A stretch of 64,000 nt of DNA from Nitrospirota bacterium. Its GTDB lineage: Bacteria; Nitrospirota; UBA9217. A model generated the notes under the pieces. That model saw only the letters and a program-made list of their open reading frames with translations, had not been told where the DNA came from and searched no databases. Both the position numbers and the translations under genes were made by a program. The DNA is taken from positions 608,001 through 672,000 of the forward strand of contig CAWBNQ010000001.1 in NCBI GenBank assembly GCA_963790205.1, read 5' to 3'. This document shows, piece after piece, positions 59,888 to 64,000 of the stretch (position 1 is the stretch's first letter; every line of letters starts with the position of its first letter).

Positions 59888-59912
59888 GAGGGAGAGCAAT
59901 GCGCTCTCCCTC
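59888..59912. terminator. Hairpin between precursor peptide and maturase (mRNA stabiliser or attenuator)
   Basis: GAGGGAGAGC-N5-GCTCTCCCTC. Confidence 0.6.
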
Positions 59913-59922
59913 TTTGAGATTA

Positions 59923-60084
59923 TCACCTGCCCGGCCTATAAATACCGGCGGTACAGCATACTAGCTCCGGATTAACAGCCATCTTTTTAGTTGCCTTCTT
60001 CTTGGCGGCTTTCTTCTTAGTGGTTTTTTTCTTGGCAGCCTTCTTCTTGGATCCTTTTTTCTTGATTGTGATGCGTTTTGCCAT
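59923..60084 (-). CDS. Putative RiPP precursor peptide (53 aa; Lys-rich repeats; C-terminal VCCTAGIYRPGR)
   Basis: GGAGGTG SD; MAKRITIKKKGS(KKKAA/TT)n…PELVCCTAG; sits immediately upstream of the rSAM/SPASM gene. Confidence 0.82.
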   Translation of the reverse strand: MAKRITIKKKGSKKKAAKKKTTKKKAAKKKATKKMAVNPELVCCTAGIYRPGR

Positions 60085-60144
60085 AATCCTCACCTCCCCC
60101 TTTTGTGAATTGGCCCGCTCGAGCATGCATTGCTTCAATTTCAC

Positions 60145-62043
60145 TCAGAAGTTATACCGTAGTCCCCCCTCGAACCACCGTTTCGGGTTCTTGTATCTCT
60201 CATCTTCATACTGATCGCCGTTGAACAGATTATGCACATCGGCAAAAGCTTCGAGCGAGGCATCTTTATGCTGCAATATCTTTTTTATCATATGCAGATC
60301 GAAAACAAAGGAACCATAGCTTGCATTCAAGCCCCAGGAGGAGTCTATGTTCCAGTCGATATAGCGGCCGTTCAACAAAGCCTTGAAAGATTGCTGATCA
60401 TCGTAGTGGAGCCCGAGGTCGTAGATACGCGTCGGCTGGAATTTCAATCTCGTGTCAGTATTCAGGTCTTGAGCATCTACATATTCTGTACCCGCGGTCA
60501 GGAAGGTATTGTACACGGGCGCTGTCTTTACTTCGAAATCGACGCCCCTGCGTCTTTGCCTGTTTCCATTTACAAACATTTGCTTAGCAGGATCAACCGG
60601 AGAAGTTTCGATAGTAAAGCCATCACGGATCTCATTCCAGAACACCGAGACCTTCGTCCAGAGGTATTTCAATGAAGCAGTCTCCACCCCTGCCTGATAC
60701 GAATAGACCTTCTCCATTTTCAGATCCGGATTAGGAGTATAAAAAATATTATCTGTATAAGCAAACCCGAGCGGCGGATTGGTGAAGCCCTTTGCAGTGT
60801 AGAGTCTCACTATGGTGCTGCTCCCGACATTGTAAGCAAGCCCCAGGCTTGGGCTGGTGATTGCGTTGTTTGAGTTTGTGCGGTCGTATCGCACGCCGGG
60901 GGTAATGGAGAGCCTGTTCAACAATATGGTATCGTTCGCGTAAACGGCCCATTTCCTTAATTCCCTTTCACCTCCGTCAACCTGCGTCGAATCGAATGTT
61001 CTAGCATCCGCATCCACACCGAAAATAATCGTCTGTGATTCATTCCTCCAGGTTAGTTTGGCGCTCGATCCGTAACTTTTGTCAGTAGTATGTTCGCCTT
61101 GAACTATTACGCCGGAAAAATCGTCTTCAAATACCTGGCGGAGTGATCGAATTGACACGTTCAGGTCCAGATTCTGAGTAAGGCTCGAATTCAGGGCAAC
61201 CGTGGCATGCTGGATGCTCTGAGCATCATCCTCGGATATATCGGTCGACGGGAAAAACGTGGCAAATCCGACTCCCCTGCGGCTCTTTTCATACCCCAAG
61301 GCAAAGAGCACGTTCGTTTTGTCAGTGAGATCATAGGTCAGCTTCGTATAGACATTGTCTCCGTTGACGTGAAAATTCGGCAGCAAGCCATCCGTCTGCA
61401 GCCTCCCCGCGGCCAGATAATAACCGAACCCGTCCTGCTTGCCCCGCGCCTCTGCGCGAAAATCCTCCGTGCTCCTGCTGCCGTAAGACGCGGAGAGCAT
61501 TCCGCCCTGATTGTTTGCCGTGCCCGCCTTGGTGATGATGTTCACCACACCCCCAAGGGCCGAACCCCAGGCTGAAGAAGCGGGGCCTTTGATGATCTCC
61601 AGCTTCTCGATGTTCTGCACCGGGATCAACGCCACATCGACGCTGTTGTCGGCGAGATCGTTTAATACGACCCCGTCGATGATAACGGTCACCTGTTGGG
61701 CATCCGAACCCTGAATAAAAGCATTCGCCCGGGTGACGGGGTCTCCAAGCATAAACATCTGGACCCCGGTGACCGTGTTCAGGACCTCAGCGAGCGTATG
61801 AGCGTTCATGAGCTCGATATCCGAGGCCGTAACGACCGTGATGTTCTCGGCAGTCTTGGAAACAGGCTTCGGGCTCCTGGTGGGTGTTTCCACCACGAGC
61901 TCTTCCTCCTTGAAATACATCAGGAGGAAATTTTTTTCTTCATCGGATTGAGCGAAAACGGGAGAAGGGTTCGAAAGGAGATGGAGCGCAAATAGGGAAA
62001 GAGAAAGAATGGCAATTGTTATGAGGTCCCGTTTATTCGGCAT
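60145..62043 (-). CDS. TonB-dependent outer membrane receptor
   Basis: Signal peptide; plug motifs (LAEVLNTVTGV, IDGVVLN, IEKLEIIKGPASSAWGSALGGVVNIITK); NPDLKME; NLFN; C-terminal YNF. Confidence 0.93.
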   Translation of the reverse strand: MPNKRDLITIAILSLSLFALHLLSNPSPVFAQSDEEKNFLLMYFKEEELVVETPTRSPKPVSKTAENITVVTASDIELMNAHTLAEVLNTVTGVQMFMLGDPVTRANAFIQGSDAQQVTVIIDGVVLNDLADNSVDVALIPVQNIEKLEIIKGPASSAWGSALGGVVNIITKAGTANNQGGMLSASYGSRSTEDFRAEARGKQDGFGYYLAAGRLQTDGLLPNFHVNGDNVYTKLTYDLTDKTNVLFALGYEKSRRGVGFATFFPSTDISEDDAQSIQHATVALNSSLTQNLDLNVSIRSLRQVFEDDFSGVIVQGEHTTDKSYGSSAKLTWRNESQTIIFGVDADARTFDSTQVDGGERELRKWAVYANDTILLNRLSITPGVRYDRTNSNNAITSPSLGLAYNVGSSTIVRLYTAKGFTNPPLGFAYTDNIFYTPNPDLKMEKVYSYQAGVETASLKYLWTKVSVFWNEIRDGFTIETSPVDPAKQMFVNGNRQRRRGVDFEVKTAPVYNTFLTAGTEYVDAQDLNTDTRLKFQPTRIYDLGLHYDDQQSFKALLNGRYIDWNIDSSWGLNASYGSFVFDLHMIKKILQHKDASLEAFADVHNLFNGDQYEDERYKNPKRWFEGGLRYNF

Positions 62044-62347
62044 GCCTGCACCATTTACCTCAGGTTAGACTGGTGGGTCTTGAGTTTGCACTGCGCATAT
62101 GCCGCTTAGAATAGCATACTATTCACAATTTGTGCACTAAAAAATGCAACGACGAAAATCAGTAAAGCGGACGATTCTTTTGCATAAAAAGTCTCCCGGA
62201 ACGTCATTTCGATTACGCGTGACGCCCCGCCCGGGACCGGTTACGCCTCCGCTCTTTTCGGGGTTGACTTGAGCGCCGCGTTTGTGATAATTTATGCCTG
62301 TTGCCCGGCAACGATCCGAATATAATATTTTGTCAGGAGGCGTACCC

Positions 62348-62473
62348 ATGGCTACCAAGATGAATTTCATTCTCAAAGTTCAGGATGCGAAACTTGCCGA
62401 CGTCCAGAAAGCGCTCAAAGACGCGAACATCAACGTCGTGAGCATCATGGAAATCCATAAGGAAGAGGCGTAA
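62348..62473 (+). CDS. Small 41-aa protein MATKMNFILKVQDAKLADVQKALKDANINVVSIMEIHKEEA (missed by the ORF track)
   Basis: AGGAGG SD 7 nt upstream; TTGACT-N16-GATAAT promoter; high-expression-like codons. Confidence 0.7.
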   Translation: MATKMNFILKVQDAKLADVQKALKDANINVVSIMEIHKEEA

Positions 62474-62635
62474 GCGGCCGAACACCGCCGGTCTTCGGCA
62501 GGCGTGGACGTCCCGCCCGCCTGCGCCCTGATAAAAAGGCGCAAGACCGGACCCCGCCTGTTTGCCGCGGAGAACGGGACGCCCGCGGCAGCCGCTCATC
62601 CCGCAATCTGCTATACTTAAATCACCAGTAAGGTT

Positions 62636-62899
62636 ATGAAAATTACGCTCGCGGATCTTGAAAATATCGCAAAGACCCTTTCGATCAGGGTGTCATATGA
62701 CGACCTGAAGATGTCGAAGGGCGGCTCATGCCGGGTCATGGAGACCCGCAGAATCATCATCAACAAGCGCCTCCAAAACAGCGAGAAAATAAATCTTCTG
62801 GCGCGGGAGCTTGGCGGTTTCGACCTGGGCGGCCTCGATATTCCCGAGAACATCCGAAAAAAAATAGAACAGGAATCGCGAGAGCGGCCCGAGGCATAG
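62636..62899 (+). CDS. Small hypothetical protein
   Basis: 87-aa ORF (KGGSCRV…IIINKRL…LLAREL) after TGCTATACT -10-like site. Confidence 0.65.
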   Translation: MKITLADLENIAKTLSIRVSYDDLKMSKGGSCRVMETRRIIINKRLQNSEKINLLARELGGFDLGGLDIPENIRKKIEQESRERPEA

Positions 62900-62970
62900 A
62901 CTGTTGCACATCCGTGATAATGCCCTGCACATGCCGGTTTTAATTAATATAGAGGGCGGGAGACCTGTTA

Positions 62971-63489
62971 ATGAAGAAGATCGTACTGCTGATGAGCACT
63001 GCGCTGTTTTTCCAGGGCTGTTCCTATGCCATCTCGCCCGATCTGGCCAAACGTGCCGACAAAACCATTCCCTTCGAAACGCTTGAGCGCGACCCCGAAC
63101 CGTACAAGGGCAAGCTTGTCATCCTCGGCGGCGTTATCGTCCAGACAACCACGGTAAAACAAGGGACCTTGATCGAGGTCCTGCAGAAGCCCCTGGACTA
63201 CTGGGGCAAGCCCAGGCGCACGGACACGTCCGGCGGCAAGTTCCTTGTCCACTATTCCGCCTACCTCGACCCCCTCGTATATGCGCCGGAGCGGGAGGTC
63301 ACCGTTGCCGCGGAGGTTGAAGGCACCCGCAGTAAGGCCCTCGGCGATATCGAGTACAGCTATCCTGTGGTCCTTTCAAAGGAACTCAAGCTCTGGCCGC
63401 GGGAACGTCCGCCCCAGTACAGACCGGACTATATGGACCCGCTCCTCTATGATCCGAACACCCCGGGCAATTCCACGCGGCAATATTGA
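62971..63489 (+). CDS. Slp family outer membrane lipoprotein
   Basis: Lipobox FQGC; YKGKLVILGGVI; IEVLQKPLD; GKFL; LDPLVYAP; YPVV; LKLW. Confidence 0.88.
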   Translation: MKKIVLLMSTALFFQGCSYAISPDLAKRADKTIPFETLERDPEPYKGKLVILGGVIVQTTTVKQGTLIEVLQKPLDYWGKPRRTDTSGGKFLVHYSAYLDPLVYAPEREVTVAAEVEGTRSKALGDIEYSYPVVLSKELKLWPRERPPQYRPDYMDPLLYDPNTPGNSTRQY

Positions 63490-63669
63490 TGGAGAAGCAG
63501 GCCGCGGGGAACATGAGAACATGCTATGATTGAGGCATTCACAAAAGCTTTTCAACGTTGGAGACGCAGAGGGCGCAGAGAAAAACCTTAAGATTTTGAC
63601 CGGGTTCTCTCCGCGTCCTCAGCGATCTCTGCGGTAAATCCGAATTTTTACGACTTCATCACGATTGTC

Positions 63670-64000
63670 ATGAGAAAAAAATGTACCATGGTCCCGCTCG
63701 TCGTCCTCGCCGCGCTGCTCTTGGCCGGCGGCTGCGCGCCGCCCTTTTCCCAGGCGGCGCTCGACCAGGTCGACCGGACCGTTACGTTCACTGAACTGCG
63801 AAGCGACCCCGACCGCTACAAGGGGAAATGGGTCATGCTTGCCGGCGTAATCGTCTACGCCAGGAACACGCGGGAAGGGACCTTCATCGAGGTGCTCCAA
63901 AGGCCGACGGACCGCCGCGGCCGGCCGCTTGACACGGACGAAACCGAAGGGCGGTTCATCATCTCTTCCGCCAAGTTCCTTGATGCCGCCGTGTATCATG
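63670..64000 (+). CDS. Second Slp family lipoprotein, 3'-truncated by window edge
   Basis: MRKKCTMVPLVVLAALLLAGGC lipobox; DPDRYKGKWVMLAGVI; IEVLQRP; EGRF; FLDAAVY. Confidence 0.85.
   Translation, partial: MRKKCTMVPLVVLAALLLAGGCAPPFSQAALDQVDRTVTFTELRSDPDRYKGKWVMLAGVIVYARNTREGTFIEVLQRPTDRRGRPLDTDETEGRFIISSAKFLDAAVYH

Noticed and set aside
62080..62140. Sigma-54 promoter or operator upstream of the TonB receptor
   Set aside because: GG-N10-GC spacing is not met; the CACAA-T-TTGTG dyad is too short to call
1..64000. CRISPR array, rRNA, integrase or transposase
   Set aside because: No 25-45 nt direct repeats with unique spacers and no such ORFs were recognised; the repeats seen are short-period palindromes

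Overview
This is a GC-rich bacterial chromosome segment. The gene content (multiheme cytochrome, system II Ccs cytochrome c maturation, Sec-formate dehydrogenase, many sensor kinases) suggests an anaerobic Nitrospirota/Desulfobacterota-like organism; that is inference, not a database result. Housekeeping and metabolic genes include an NCS2 permease, cheD, osmC (frameshifted), clpS, tRNA-Gln, tRNA-Glu, gmhA, rsmA, dppB/C, modABC, two tupA, mnmA, ccsA/resB, HU and two Slp lipoproteins. Three loci stand out. (1) A selenium/UGA-recoding island (40.6-52.5 kb). It has a formate dehydrogenase with an in-frame UGA and SECIS hairpin, two LysR regulators and yedF. It also has an unusual 95-nt UCA-anticodon tRNA with a tRNA-Sec-like body but a U73 discriminator and probable 8/4 fold (selC*-like, possibly Cys-inserting). 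(2) A putative fatty-acyl/polyketide methyl-ester signalling locus (21.2-31.8 kb): PhcB-like methyltransferase, FabG, KS plus an inactive KS/CLF, FabZ, ACP, an FAD oxidoreductase and a 6-TM hybrid sensor kinase. An AT-rich cassette covers just the sensor input domain, the tailoring enzyme and the ACP. (3) A putative RiPP signalling locus (55.1-62.0 kb): TonB receptor, a Lys-rich CC-motif precursor peptide, an rSAM/SPASM maturase, a periplasmic binding protein, a kinase and a LuxR-type regulator. Also present are decayed hsdM and four-helix-bundle relics, several degenerate signalling proteins, candidate leaderless genes and families of short palindromic repeats. No CRISPR array, rRNA, integrase or intact transposase was seen.
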